A stretch of 64,000 nt of DNA from Amphiscolops sp. MND2022 (taxonomy: Eukaryota), in contig OZ076409.1 of NCBI GenBank assembly GCA_964187785.1, positions 86,120,001 through 86,184,000 of the forward strand, written 5' to 3'. The position numbers and the translations under genes were made by a program. The notes beneath the pieces are model-generated. The model was not told the DNA's origin. It ran no database searches and saw only the letters and a list, made by a program, of their open reading frames with translations. Shown in pieces: positions 10,281 through 23,735 of this stretch. Every line of letters begins with the position of its first letter. Position 1 is the first letter of the stretch.

Positions 10281-11045
10281 TGTTATAACGAGCCTCGACA
10301 GAACAAGATAAAACAAAACAGCAACAAGAAAACTCAAGTACCTTATTAAACAAACAAAACAGACAAGAATTTAAAACTCGCTTTGCAAAGAGCCCCTCTT
10401 GAACAATCATTTGTGAAAACTTGTTGCTTCATAACTTAACTTCGCATTGTTATAACTTGTACTCTCAACAAGAATTAAAACCATAACTCACATTTACTTT
10501 GTTATAACTTGTACCCTCTAAATACTGATGTTGTTAAAACGTATTGAATACTCAACCACTGTTAAATCTTGCTCGTAATTATTCTTCGTATTCTTCGTAT
10601 CAACTTGTTAACTTGCATGCTTGGATTTAATCTTAATTACTGTGCTCAATTATTTACCCCTTGATAAAATTCATGAAAAAAAACTTGTTCGAACCTTTCG
10701 AAAAGCACAAAAATTTAATCTTGATCATTCAACAAAATCAACTCCGAAGAAGAAAGCAGTTCTGACTTTTGTCTCAACTTCATCTCCCCAACTCCAACCT
10801 TGCTTCTAAACCCCACCAGCTATCTTCAACTACAGTTGTGCAGATTGATAAAATAATGTAAGTTGTTAACTTGTACGTATTGAACTTAAATTTAAATTCT
10901 TTCCTAAAAAGCAAAAGAAAGTTTTAACTTGAGCAATCCTAGAACGACAACAGAAAAGCAAGCTAGCTTAAAATTATTTAAAACAACCGTCCTCGCATCC
11001 GATTGAAATAGGAAACAAAAAGGAACTCTAGTCATAGATTTAACA
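10281..11045 (+). repeat. 3' LTR, about 765 bp
   Basis: Starts TGTTATAAC right after GAGGACAC...AGGAGGAGCC; candidate end TTAACA is the inverse of the start. The right boundary cannot be confirmed without the 5' LTR. Confidence 0.7.
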
Positions 11046-11072
11046 TCTAGTCACGGTTGTTAAAGATAGATG

Positions 11073-11622
11073 CCCTGGTCGAGAAAAAAACATATCTTGC
11101 AAGATTCTTGAAAGACGTGCATCACCAAAAAAAATTTCTTGCAAGATTTATATCACTATGCAGACAAAATTCTCCTGCAAATTGAGAAGTTTCTATGGCC
11201 GTGAACATAAAGCATCACAGTAGATACAAAGCTCAAAACCGCCTATTTTAAAGTGGGATTTTAAGCATCGCTCAAAAAAAATGTTCTTCAACAGCTCTGA
11301 TTCAATGCTCACTGTAATTGCATCTAACTGTATCGGATGAACTCCAAACAGAAAAGAAAACTTTTTTGAAACCTTTTCCGTTTTGAAGAGAATGACTGTT
11401 TCTATTGCTAAAATATCTTGGAGAGAAGCAGCCAATGAAAAAGAGTCTTGCAAGAAAATTTGAACCTTGTAAGATTTCTGTTATCTAGCAAGAAACTTGC
11501 AAGATGACACAAATCTTGCAAGATTCTTGCAAGAAATCTGCCAGGTTAATGCATTCACTTGTAAGATCTTGCAAGAATGTCTGCCAGAATCTTGCAAGAT
11601 TTGTGTTTTTTCCCAACCAGGG
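11073..11622. mobile_element. MITE with CCCTGGT termini
   Basis: CCCTGGTCGAGAAAAAAACATATCTTGCAAGATTCT vs AGAATCTTGCAAGATTTGTGTTTTTTCCCAACCAGGG; many internal CTTGCAAG palindromes; no coding capacity. Confidence 0.75.
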
Positions 11623-13959
11623 TCTTGACCAAGATTTTATGAATTCGAAAGCTTAGATTCCAGAGTCATAACTTTATTTGAAGTCTAGGCATGTTCTCGG
11701 AAATTTGGAAATACGACATAACTTTTCTTAGGAAAGATGTCCAAAACCTTGTTCCCTCAACCGAACAGTGACACAGGCAGTCTGTGTGACGTCACACACG
11801 TAAATGACGTCATTAACCGCTAGTTTTACTCACCGGCATTCATGGTTGCTTTGAGGTTGTCCCAGTAACTGGGCTCTAAGGGCTCGAATGATTGGCTACC
11901 TTAAAGTATACATATTTTGTTCAAAAAATCTACTGAATTTGGTCAGTGGAAAAGTGGAAAAACCCCATAACCAAAGCACAGCTCCTCAACATGTGCAATC
12001 CACTTAGCATGGTATAGCCAGTCTGGATGCGATACAGCAGTTCTATACATGGATCCATATGATCACCATTTCCCAAGCATTTCATACATAGAATCATACG
12101 GTTAATTACGATTCCATACATTGAAACTGTAGAAAGTTATCATTGGGAAGCATATGGTTCCATGTATGATGGCATAGGTTTTCAAGTTTTATTGAATTCA
12201 GGTGCCTTTTTTGAAAATTTCCCTGAGCTGAATTTCGGGTAAAAAGTCAGAAGGAAGAAAATTTCGATTAACTAATTGAAGGTGATCTTGAAATTATTTG
12301 GCTGGCTCATGCCGTTTTTCATTCGGCATCATAAAGTTTTGGTTCAATTTGTAAATGCTGATATTAGAGACACACTGGATATATTCAACTCAGTTTAGCC
12401 CTTCTATACCCGTACTGACACTCCAGGACAATCCACCAATGGCCACCGGTGTGGAAATGATTTTGCACCTTTTACTGCTTTTCCCACCGGTGACCCACTG
12501 AAGATGAGTCAGTGCCACCATAGTGGCTACCGGTCGGGCTGTGATGGGAAAAACGGCGACCACCGATGGGTTAACCTGGATTGGCAGGTTAGGTACGTCC
12601 TGCATTGCGCGTTGTATGAAAGAATTTATTCTTTTTGAGCACGAAAAACAAGTGTTCAACTCAGCTTCAGTGTTCAACATTTTTTTGCAGGTTCATTGCT
12701 CATTGATAAAGGTGCGAAGCTTGCTTAGCCGTGGAAATTCAATAGTTGGACCCTTCACCTTTTCATCAACTGTTTATCACCTGTTTATGTAAGCGATACA
12801 AAAACATTTAACGAACGAATACAGTTCACGTTTACATGTGAAAATGAATGAGTATGATCGAAAAAATGTAATTGAGGACACTAAAATGATTTCAATTTTG
12901 TCATGATGATTGCAACTTTTAACATGGACCAATTAGTTTTTTACAAAAACAACATTTCAGAGCCGATATTTGGCTCTTCGTTGCGTGTTTTCACAAATTT
13001 AATTTCATTAAGGTTCGGTGAGTTTATGATGTTGACTTGACCATAAAAGACGTTCAGATGGTTCGAGGCCTTCTAAAAATAATTGGGTTGGAAAACTTCC
13101 TTTTCTTTGCCCGTAAGATTCAAAAAATGATTTTGGTCAGAAAACAGTTGATGATTAACTGTCGTAGAGATGTGTTGATGTTTGACAATTAGGAGGTGTA
13201 ACGTACCGTATAAGCTGACTTGAAAACAAAAACGAACAATTACATCAAAGCACAGAAACCCGAGTGAATCTATTCAACTTTGCAGCTGACAAACTCACAT
13301 TTTCATTTCAACAATTTAAATGCTATCGAACTTTCCAACACAACACCTCGAAAAACTCTTAAGTGTTATCTTAATCAATTGAAAAGAAAAAAGTCAGACG
13401 CAACTATGGCGTGCATGTTTCATTGAAAACAATTATTTTAAAGAAATCCACAAAACGAGGCTGTGAAACCGTTTTGCGTGAGACCATTACACCTGATTAC
13501 CGTCGATTACTTTAGAAAAAAATCTGAAATCGAAGAGTTTAAACCGCTCTGAAGCAAAGAGTTCACTAGTGTGAGTAAAAATTCGTGCTATTAGAAATGT
13601 TGCGAGCTATGAACATTTTCGCGTAGTACTCAACAACCCCCAGCTACTTCTTAATTCAGATTTCGTTTTTTGTTTTTCGAAATGATACGGCAAAAATGAA
13701 AAGATTTTTTTCGACAAGGTGCTCCCTTTTATCAGAGGAAACGTTTTCAGCTGGAAGTTTCTGGATTTTTGCATACTCAGAAATAGATTGATGAAAAATC
13801 GAAATATTTCGAACCGTATCAAAAGTTTACATTCGAGTAGTTATTTTCCTGTTAAGGGGGATATTACAGAGCCTGTGGTGACAAACCATGTTGTTCCTTA
13901 CATGGTCCGTGCTTGGTCCATGTAATTTCCATGCATGGTGAATGTACAAGGACATGCTG

Positions 13960-14417
13960 TTTTTAGTCGGCGCTTTTATTAATAAAAGAGCCCGACTATT
14001 ACAGTCACTTTTTTTTCAAGACAGACTCGAAGCGACGAAATTTTTGTTCAGTTTGTTCAACTGAACGAATACCAGGGAAACGCATCTAAGTTATCGCAAA
14101 GGGTCCCCTTTCAGTTTTTACTTTTTAAACGTAACATACAAAACCAAATGAGACTAAAGGATCCCCTTTCAATTTTTTTCGACGCTGTGAGACTTCTAAT
14201 TTTTGGTGTCTTCAAAGGTTCCCCCCGTCCTTTTTATTGAAATCCCTCCTCGTAATATCCGGAGTTAAGCGCTATATCCGAACTTTTGACGTTATAGCCG
14301 AACTATATTGCGTTTTTGTAACGAGGCGGAGGTCCGAAAACGGGAGTTTTCATGTACTACGCATATTTCAAAACTGCGCTTTAGATATAGCTTAAAAGGA
14401 AAATGCGCCGACTAAAA
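13960..14417 (-). mobile_element. Helentron/DINE-like non-autonomous element, rearranged copy
   Basis: TTTTTAGTCGGCGC...GCCCGACT terminal hairpin shared with the 33340 and 45797 copies; ends GCGCCGACTAAAAA. Confidence 0.55.
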
Positions 14418-17400
14418 ACAAACAGATGTCAAAAACAAAAAGATAACATTCATGTCAAACATTCCCTAGTCAACCAGCGGAATGTTGAATTTTCTGTAGT
14501 GGCTCCCTAACTAAACTTAAGTCCCAATTTGGGTTGAATTGCGATTTAAACGAACTTTTTACTTCTGATTTTTTTTCTAGGGGTTTTCCTAACTTGACAA
14601 GTCTTGATATATATACGGGAGATGTACCTGGCAGGGAAGAAGAACATGGTTTGAGCTTTTCATGAGGTCGTGGGTTCGAACCCGGGCTGGAGCCTGAAGT
14701 TTTTATGGCGGAAAATATCGCGGTGCTTAGAAGGTGTCTTGTTTCGTTTAAATGTTGCTTATTTTCGAATCAATTCAACTGTAAAGAAACTTTCAGTCCA
14801 GAAAGTTCGTTAATTATTCTTCGGAGTTCAAGTTTCGTGCAGAGCAATATTTTTCCGAATTATTTAGGCAGAATTAACCGAACTCCTATATTGGTTATAT
14901 AATCTTTTATGCATTTCCACGAAGATATTCAAACATTCATTAAGATTCTGACCGTTCTGAAGTGGGTTGTTCCTACATGTTTTTAATATTCCAATTTCAA
15001 ATTTGGTGTCTGAAAGAAGTGAATTACAGTTCAACTAACAGTACCAGAGCGGATACAATTGCCTCTATTCCACAATTTTTATTAGCCCGTAGCGGATGGT
15101 AATATTCAAATTTGTCTTGCACCGTACATTCTCCTGCCTGTCACCCAAAGACGCAAATTGAATTCAAATTCATGAAAATTTAATTAGCTTCTTCTCCTTC
15201 TAGAAACAGTGGCGACTGCAGCACCAGTGCTGTTCTGGGTACAAAAATTTGACCTCCTTACGGCTTCTAGTAGTGACACAGCTATAGCAACTTCTGTTAT
15301 TCCATCGATTAAACTTGTTCACATGAGATTTACAGGATGAGTCCTGCCGTGTTATCAATTGGCGAAAAGGTTTGCCCGCGGATTGAATTGTTCTAATTGG
15401 GCCTCCATTCAATTACGTAGTAAGATGTTTGGGGTAATTGACAGAATTTTCCTTTCTATGACGTTGGCTTTCCCGGGAAATGAAGAAAGAAATTGTCCTG
15501 CGGGAAAATAATTCGTCAAAAGATTCTTATCAAACAATCGATCTTCAGTGCCTCTTTCACGAAGGATCGATCGCACAGTCCAGTCAACTTACATGTTATA
15601 AAGTAAAGTCAAATTAAGTGCAACCCGGTTAAGTTGACTTCCTATTTCAGCTAAAAAAAGTAAAAACCAAATCTTTATGGCTATCAGCGGGCGCTGAAAT
15701 TAAATCAAACTTGCCGAGTATTTTAAACACAGGAAGATTCCTAACCCCTTTTTCAACCACATCCTTCAACTTTTTTTTGCTTGATTCTAAGATTTTTCAG
15801 AAAGCAGAAGCCCACAGTATTGAGCAAAACAACCTATAATCCGTGCGCAAATATCTTATGTACTTAGAGAACCGAATCAAATTTCATCCACTTATAAAAC
15901 AAATAATTCGACCGCCCTTTTTTTAGGGAAAAATTCGTTTCTGGAAAAGATTGTTTTTGCGCTTTATCGTAATTGATAATATGATGCTATCAGGAAATTA
16001 GTAACTCTAAGCATGTTAAATATCAAAATTTGTGGCTTTCAGTTGCGCATATTTCGGGCATAGACTTTATTACAGAAGTTAAGCCGCTTTCTGCAGATTG
16101 GAATAAAGCTGCTAAAGTTTTTGAAGGTGGAATTGAATAGCAATGCAAACATCAATGCACCAGCGACCACCGCAGGCTTGCAACCCAATGCACGTGAAAT
16201 AAGAGCAAAAAAGGGGCGTGTACTTTTTATCACTTATGTCAAACTGAGAATCGATTCCTCAAAAGGGGAGGGGCGAATTGAAGCAATTTGTATAATGGAA
16301 GTCTTGGCGCCGAAAGGCGGGATTTTGGAAGTTATAAAAATCAGTTGGTATGAAAAACGAGAAGCAAAAATGAAAAATAAATGCACTAACGATTTTTTTC
16401 TCCAACGCCTGCAGCCGCGCCAGCGATCCCCACTGGAATTGCCAGAGCTGTGGAGATACAGATCGTTTTTCCTGAAATTAACACCGGGTAAGACACAAAA
16501 ACGAGAAGATTGGCTCCGAAGAGTTCTTGGGAAGAGGAAAAAGCACCGAAGCTCAAATTTCAGAAATGATATTTTAGCAGACACCAATTCGAAAGGTTAG
16601 CTTATCTGCAGCATCTCACTGCTACAACACCATGACTGGACAAAAGATACGAAATTTCCGAGATTTAATCAGGTTGAAACTGTCGTACGTGCAAAAATAT
16701 CAATATTCTTACATTATAAGAACTTCTGAGCAATTTTCAACACGTTCTAGGGGTGAAAAATATTACAAAATGTTTTCAAAAATCAAAAAAAATGTTTTCT
16801 TTATTTTGTTTGCGGGGAGGGGTGGAATTCGTATCTTACGATATATTTTGCATTTCGAATTCTGTATATTCTACATAAAATTTGATTAGGTCAAATTAAT
16901 GGACTCGCAACGACGGGTTACAGATTTATAATTCAACATAAAAATGGGAAAATATATAAACATCTGATTGAATTTGCCAGAAAACACCTTTAGATCTTTG
17001 AACGTCAGTAAAAAAATCTGTTCAAGAATTTTTTAAAAATAGAATTTTAATTATGTCATGTAATTTTTCAAGGTGTTTTCCGGGAAAAACATAACAGAAA
17101 ACAGCCAAAGTTGAAACCCCGTCGAATTCAGCATATGAACAATGAATAAAGAACAGAAAGCGCAAGCAGGAAAGTCTTGAATACTCCATAGAAGAAACTT
17201 TCTAATTCATAATCCTAAAATTCTGCAGTCTTTATACACAGGTGGAAACATTTGATGTTAATTATTCAAACAAGTCAAAACATTAAAGCGATGGTTTCAA
17301 TAAACTTGATGAAAATTGAAGCCATTTGAAAGTATGCTTGAACTCCAACTGGAGAAGAAATATTCACTGGGCACATCAAACGTACATTGAAAGAGATTAA

Positions 17401-17718
17401 AAGGAGCCTCGAATATTTTTCAAAAAAGACTATAAAAAAGAGTAATTCATAGTCATCTGCTTGGGTTTATCTGTTAAAGACACCGAAAGGTAAATAACGA
17501 CGCCAGTAAAATGAAGGCATGATAATCCATTCATATGTAAGAGAGGACTGAATGGCATCTAAAACCATCATCATCGAAAATAACAACGGATAAAACGAAA
17601 AATACCTACGGGGCCGGTCCAAAGATTTCACTAAAAATATACGCACACTTCATTATACATGAAATCCGGTACTCATTACTATATCCGCATTGTCCCAATT
17701 CACAACTCACTTGCTCAC

Positions 17719-17735
17719 CTTTGTTCGTTCAGCTG
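17719..17735 (-). CDS. Candidate SLC24 micro-exon (14 or 17 nt)
   Basis: Minus strand ttcatcag/cag|CTGAACGAACAAAG|gtgagc; reads open (P(A)ERTK) after the phase-1 exon at 21049. Confidence 0.25.
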
Positions 17736-19628
17736 CTGATGAACAATATAGAGCATACTTCAAAAAGCATACCTTGTTTCATTACATATTGTGGAAAGTT
17801 AATTTAAACTAAATTATTAAATGTTCTCAGGTGATTGAGTTGTCCATTGATGAGGTTTTAACCATCTGCACGCGTTGGTACGAAAACTCACAAACTTGAA
17901 CTTAAGCTGAAAAAGGCAACCTGGATGAGACAGCAGATCAGTTGAGGATTTAAAAAAATTGACCACAAATTCTTAGTTCCAGTTTTTCCCGAGTTGACTT
18001 GTTCAAAGAGAAAATAAAAGGGTGAGCAGCATCTAGGGAATTATATGTTAACCATTCAGGAGTTGCATATTCAATAAAGGGAAAACCTCAAGTTTCTCAT
18101 GCATCAAATTTTCCTATGACTCAAAAGGTGACAGAACATATAGTTTGATATTTTACGGTATGTGAAAGTTCTCCCAGTACCATGAAAAACAATATCCATT
18201 GCCATCGGTAACACATAGATGTAGAAATAACATGTTGAATGTGAAAGATGACACTACATATATTATTTCATATACTCTCTCCCTTAGCAAGCTATGATAC
18301 AAAATGGTGAAGCAATGGTCGGCTTGAAGCTGTGGTTTCAAAGTGACTTGCTCAATGTCACAAAAGTCTTGTGACAAAAACCCCTGATATTTTGCCAAAT
18401 GAGTCACATACACAGTACGAGGTCATGTTTCAAAACAGAACCATCCGAAAAACAAGTCAACTCGGGATGATTATTCTTTCACGTTTAACATCTCAATAGC
18501 TCAATAGTCAAGCCTACATATTCGATCTTTTGCTGTTTTTTTTTCGACCCGGAAATGAAACTGCAACAGGTTCTAAGGTTTAGGACTAATCATCCGAGCT
18601 ACCATTTTGTTGTGGATCGTTTCGCAGAAAACTTTTGACATTGTTAATTTATGCATGAATCACAGCTTGAACTCACCCAGGTGTACGTATTGCTTGGATA
18701 GGGCAGTTGGTTATGTTGAGAAAAAGACGCCACAATTTTTGAGCTGCAAAATTTCAATATTATCCCAGTCCAAAATTGAGAAGAAACAAACTCACCTGAT
18801 GTCACAGTAAACTTTATGTTGCTCAATTTCTATTATAACTGAAAGTTCTTCTGTCGATAGATTGTTTGTTGTTTGCCTAGCTTCAATATCGAACGTTCGA
18901 ATTCTTCTCGAATGTAAATGTCTTCACTCAATGACATGCTTTCCGAATTTGAATTTGCTCGTTCGTATTGATCATCGATAATACATTGTAAGATGGCATA
19001 TTTTTATGAGAATGCGATTCCGGCGTGACGCCAATTTTTTCTCGAATTTTCCAGGTGATGTTCTGACATTCCTCTAAAGTCCCTCACTTTTCCTCAATCT
19101 CATTTTTTTTTCGTGCTACATATATAAACATCTTTTGGCACTTTTTCACAACAAATAATCTTGTCAAATTAAATCTTTCCGAAAAGTCTTTTGTCTCATG
19201 GTCTCCGCTGACATGCCCGATCTTTGCCCTTATTAACGTTTCATGTTTGATTCATTTCAATTTTGATGTCTTTATGGTTAAAAACTTTATGGAGTTATGG
19301 ATTCCACGCTGTAAGATAAACTCAGTTCTGGGAAAATGGGAAAATGTTACGTTAGTGAATCTACATTTATGATACTTTTGAAAGACTCTAGCATTCTAAA
19401 ACTGATCCATTGTTAAACATCCATTTTTGCAACACCCATTGTGAAAAATGGAAGCATTTTTAAATTATATCATAGGTTTCCTTTTCATTAGTTTATTTTT
19501 CATTTCACACAAACGTGCTTCATCGCTCAGAAGCATTTTCTTTATGATTAAAAGTTCAAATTTTTGATAAAGTAAGCAGAGTGGTTAGAAACGCGACTAC
19601 AATGTACACTAATGAATGCTTTCCCAAG

Positions 19629-20066
19629 TAGGGCTGTGCAATTAACCGACCGAACTCGATTAACCGACCGAAGTTGTCAATAACCGAAACCGACCGACTT
19701 ATTATTATATAACCGACTTCGGTTAATTTGTTCAACCAATTAGATTGAAGCTGGAAAGAAAAACTGGTTTACTGGAAGGAAAAAAGACAAGTATTTCCTT
19801 TTTTAAGTGTAAAGGCCCAGTTTTTACTTGGAATACCAGCTACAGCAGTTCTTAGTGAGCGACCAACATCACCACGCAAAGAAACTTTCCGCGAACTTGT
19901 TTTTGAGAAGTTGCATTAATTAGATTGTTCGAAACTGAAGTTGAAAATTACTGTTTTGTTCACGTTTGTTTATGAATAACCGACCGATAACCGATAACCG
20001 ACCGAGTTTTTAAATAACCGACCGATAACCAACCGAACTCGAAAAAATGATAATTGCACAGCCCCA
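19629..20066 (+). mobile_element. hAT internal-deletion derivative
   Basis: TIR TAGGGCTGTGCAATTA / TAATTGCACAGCCCCA; perfect 8-bp TSD TTCCCAAG (19621-19628, 20067-20074); subterminal AACCGA repeats; remnant YWKEKRQVFPFLSVKAQFLLGIPATAVLSER (19770-19862) matches the hAT dimerisation motif. Confidence 0.9.
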
Positions 20067-21048
20067 TTCCCAAGGTTTACACAACACGAAATTTCCTATG
20101 GGACTTGCTAAAACCAAAGCAATGCATTGTCAGAGAATCTAACAACATGATTGTTATTTCGGACGATGATGATTTTGATGTCGATCAGATTCAGATGGAA
20201 GTTATTCATTTACGGCAACTGTAGCAGAACAATGAACAACAACGTTGTACTTTATACCTCTGTAAGATGCTTTCACTGAAATAAAACCAAGTTAACAAAT
20301 CGCAAAAACTACATTCTAGCAACATTTTTAGTCAACCTGAGAAGTCTAAGTGTTTCCTACGTGAAGTTGAGAGATTCCAACTGGAAAATCTCCTGCTAAT
20401 AGATAAACGTATATACTTTTGTCAATGAACCTAGACTTTCTTTGACGAGTTGATTGTTAAATTGGAAATTAAAGGATTAAGTCAAAAAAGTTTGAGAGAA
20501 TTCTCAGAAAAACAGTTGGACGTACATGTTTTAGGGAGGTTCGCTGAACGAAAGAACCAGTAAATAAAATGTACTTGTTCGTTGTTTTTGGAAAAAAGAT
20601 GGAAAAAATTGGTCCATTCAAAGAAATTTTTAGAATTTAACATGAGCATTCGTTTGGGCATAACTTTGCTGACTTGAAATTCAATACTTAATCTTTTCCT
20701 CCAATTTGACAGCGTCTACCAGGACATATATGTAGCTTATCCTGTCAAAAACGTTCAAAATCCAGAAACGAATTGATTTTTGATTTTTCAAAAAATCATG
20801 TAATGTTTGATGATCTCAGGGCGCCAGGCTTCATTCAAAGTTAAAACGATTACTTTTCGAACAGCTTCACTTGCAACAAAATCAGCAAAACTGACTAAGT
20901 ATTGAAACTACTTACTATGTAACTTCGTTTTATAGTTTTTTGTTCAACAAGAACCATTAAACTCGATATACATTTATACAATCTCGAGTTTATTGAGTTT
21001 TCGGCAATGCGTTTGAAACTTTCGGGTATTTTTTGAAGGTCTACTTAC

Positions 21049-21109
21049 GTCTGCCCTTCTGGTCTCGAAGTCCGGCTTCTTGCTGGATCGCTTTCATGTC
21101 CAGAACATC
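21049..21109 (-). CDS. SLC24A: Probable SLC24 exon, cytoplasmic loop
   Basis: gatttcag|GAT...AGAC|gtaagt; 61 nt; DVLDMKAIQQEAGLRDQKGR; phase 0 start matches the preceding exon. Confidence 0.65.
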
Positions 21110-22710
21110 CTGAAATCAGCAAAGTATCAGAAAACTATTCTCATCTAAGCGCCGCTATAAAAGCTTCTTTAGCGCTTCGTTACAACAGGTTAGATAGCAA
21201 ATTCAGAAAGGTCAATTTGTTCATTTGAGGTCAACAGTTTGGTGTGTTCGAAGGAAAAACTTCCGCAAAAACGCCCAAGGAAATAACGTCAATGGAAAAT
21301 TACGATAAAGTTGTTAAATGCAGGAGCGAAGCGAGGCAGAGCTATGTGGTATTACTAGTCCAGCAGCTGGCGAAAGCCGAGTCATACAACCAATAAGAAA
21401 GTTATTACTGTTATGAGAATTAATTCTTCTATCAATATATCCTATGGGACTTTTTCATGTGGGTGCTTTTTCCATGGGCGTTTTTTTCTTTGGGCGTTTT
21501 TACTATAACCGTGTCAAGATAATAAAAATATGCAAGATAACGGCAATTTACAAGCGACAGTAAGATTTTCAGATCGATCAAAATTGAAAAAGTATTTTAA
21601 GCTGCATTCAGGAGGAGAATTCACGTCCATTTAACAGCTTTTCATTTATTTCTGTGTCATAAAGAAAGTAATGACGGGATGATATAATCAGATCACTTCA
21701 AACGCAAGTACAAATACCACATCTCTATCTGACACAGTAGTATGCAAGTTTAGACAACCCTCAAGTGAAAGTTAGAGGTTAAAAGATCAGCTCTGTAAAA
21801 ATTTCATTGGTACCTTATCGTCAAAACTTCCATGTTGAAAACATGATCGATGATCATGTAAAAATGATATTTTCATTGAATCCTTCACCACGTTTTGCAA
21901 TCTGCGTTCAAGTGAAGCGATCAGATTAATAAAAAATTTTACAGGCACTAATGTAACATATATTACATTTTTTGAACATTTTTGATAGATTTTTGTAATA
22001 TAGTTTAATATTATTCATGAAATCTCTTCTTTTTAAAACAATTTCCATAATTATTACCAATCTTTTTTAATTTTGCCTCAGAAAATTCCATAAAGTGGTA
22101 AAAAGGAAATACTCTCATGAAACATCGGGACTTGAAAGCGGAAAATTTCATCAATAATTTTTTAAGCGATCCGATATATAATCAGCGATAAGTGAAAACG
22201 CATTATTTGATTAACATGAGCTCTCTCGAAGCATCTCGAACCTTTACATTCTAATTTGGCTGCATCTGATAGTCAGAGAAAACATAAAAATCGAAGGAGG
22301 TTCTTCTTTTCATGAATAAATCGCGGTGGATTAGAGGCAGAAAAAAAATCTGATCAAAAATGGAATTAATTATGGAGAGGCAAGATAAAGGCCGATACAA
22401 GACAGCAATGATGGCGCCATTTTATAACAGAATCTAACATTTTTACGAACAAGCGCTGGATACGAGTTGGGGGTTGCTTATCAGTCCGAATTACATAATT
22501 ACAGAAATCAGGAAACGGGTGGAAAAATATCAATGGGCAAGGCATTTTGCGTGATTTTTTCTAACCAACAGAAACTGGGAGAAAACATTTTGAAAGTTTT
22601 CGATATCTTTATTGAAAAATTGGAATTTGCACATTGATTTTTTTTAATGGTACAGAATTCTGACTGAATCTGGCTGCATTTTTAATTGACTGTCTCGAAA
22701 AGGAATAATT

Positions 22711-22942
22711 AAAATATTTTAGACACGATTTCATTAAAAACTGGATTTTTCTTGTGAACAGTTATATATTCTGTGATTACAAACGTTATAACGTAAACAC
22801 ACAGTGCTCGACTTTGAGTTAGGGAATTCCCTAACTCAAAGTCGAGCACTGTGTGTTTACGTTATAACGCGTGTAATCACAGAATATATAACTGTTCACA
22901 AGAAAAATCCAGTTTTTAATGAAATCGTGTCTAAAATATTTT
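22711..22942. repeat. Near-perfect spacerless palindrome, 232 bp
   Basis: Centre GGGAA|TTCCC at 22826/22827; 116-bp arms differ only at about 2 positions. Confidence 0.95.
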
Positions 22943-22962
22943 TCGTGTCCCATGTTGAGCTT

Positions 22963-23735
22963 TCCTTGAAAACCTGTACAGATCTGTGAGCCTTTTTTCC
23001 TTAAGGATCTGTAAAGATCGTGCCACTGATACGTTAGGACAACTGCAGATCTGCAAGGATCTTTACAGATGTTCAAAGATTTTCTGTACAGATTTTTCAG
23101 GAAATTTTTTCCGGAGTTCCTGGAAAACAATATATTGCATTTTTGGGCTTCTTCAAAAAGCATTTTAGCTGACCAAGGCTCAGTCAGTTAAAACTCTCCA
23201 TCACTCAAAATTCTTGAGCTGGAAAGTTTGTCCCCATCACGGTAATTTTGGTGTCTGGGGAATATTCGGTATTGCTTTTGCACGGTAATTAATTCCTTTC
23301 ACTTGAACTTTCCCGAAGTGGTTGTTCAGCTTTAGGAGGCTCGTTTGCCATATTGACTTTGATTTGGCGGATGTAATTAGACATGTGACCACCGTCTGGG
23401 TTGGTAGAGGTGTTGATAAAATGATGTGGTTGTAATATTTCGGGTATATGGTTTGCTGGATTAGTTTTTGTAATGGCTGGAAGCTTGGAATACGTTATAG
23501 TAATTTTTGGTCATGGTTCATTTTCGTCAAATCCTGAAATATCTGCGTTACGATACATATGTACAGATTCATACGGAAACTTTTTAAAATTTTCAATCGA
23601 GAGACGTGTTTATCTCGTAGAGCACTTTTTAATCAACAAATATTTAAATTTCAAACTATTTACGACTGATTAAATTTCTACAAATCCTGGAATATCTGTC
23701 AGGATCTGTCAGGATCTGTACAGATTCGCAGGGAA
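22963..23735. mobile_element. Degenerate MITE with CTGTACAGATC subterminal repeats
   Basis: TTCCTTGAAAACCTGTACAGATC at the left and GATCTGTACAGATTCGCAGGGAA at the right are imperfect inverses. Confidence 0.45.

Larger units (their letters stand above)
1..11045 (+). mobile_element. Ty3/Gypsy LTR retrotransposon with env and accessory ORF; 5' LTR lies outside the window
   Basis: gag-PR-RT-RH-IN order, env-like ORF, purine tract at 10271-10278 followed by an LTR bounded by TGTTA...TAACA. Bases 1-476 do not match the LTR and are read as 5' leader. Confidence 0.93.

Noticed and set aside
16121..16600. 159-aa ORF
   Set aside because: TTG start, no domain signature or splice context.
19640..20040. 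AACCGA repeats (and the 47-48 kb array) as CRISPR
   Set aside because: Eukaryotic context, no unique spacers and no cas genes; explained as TE subterminal or satellite repeats.
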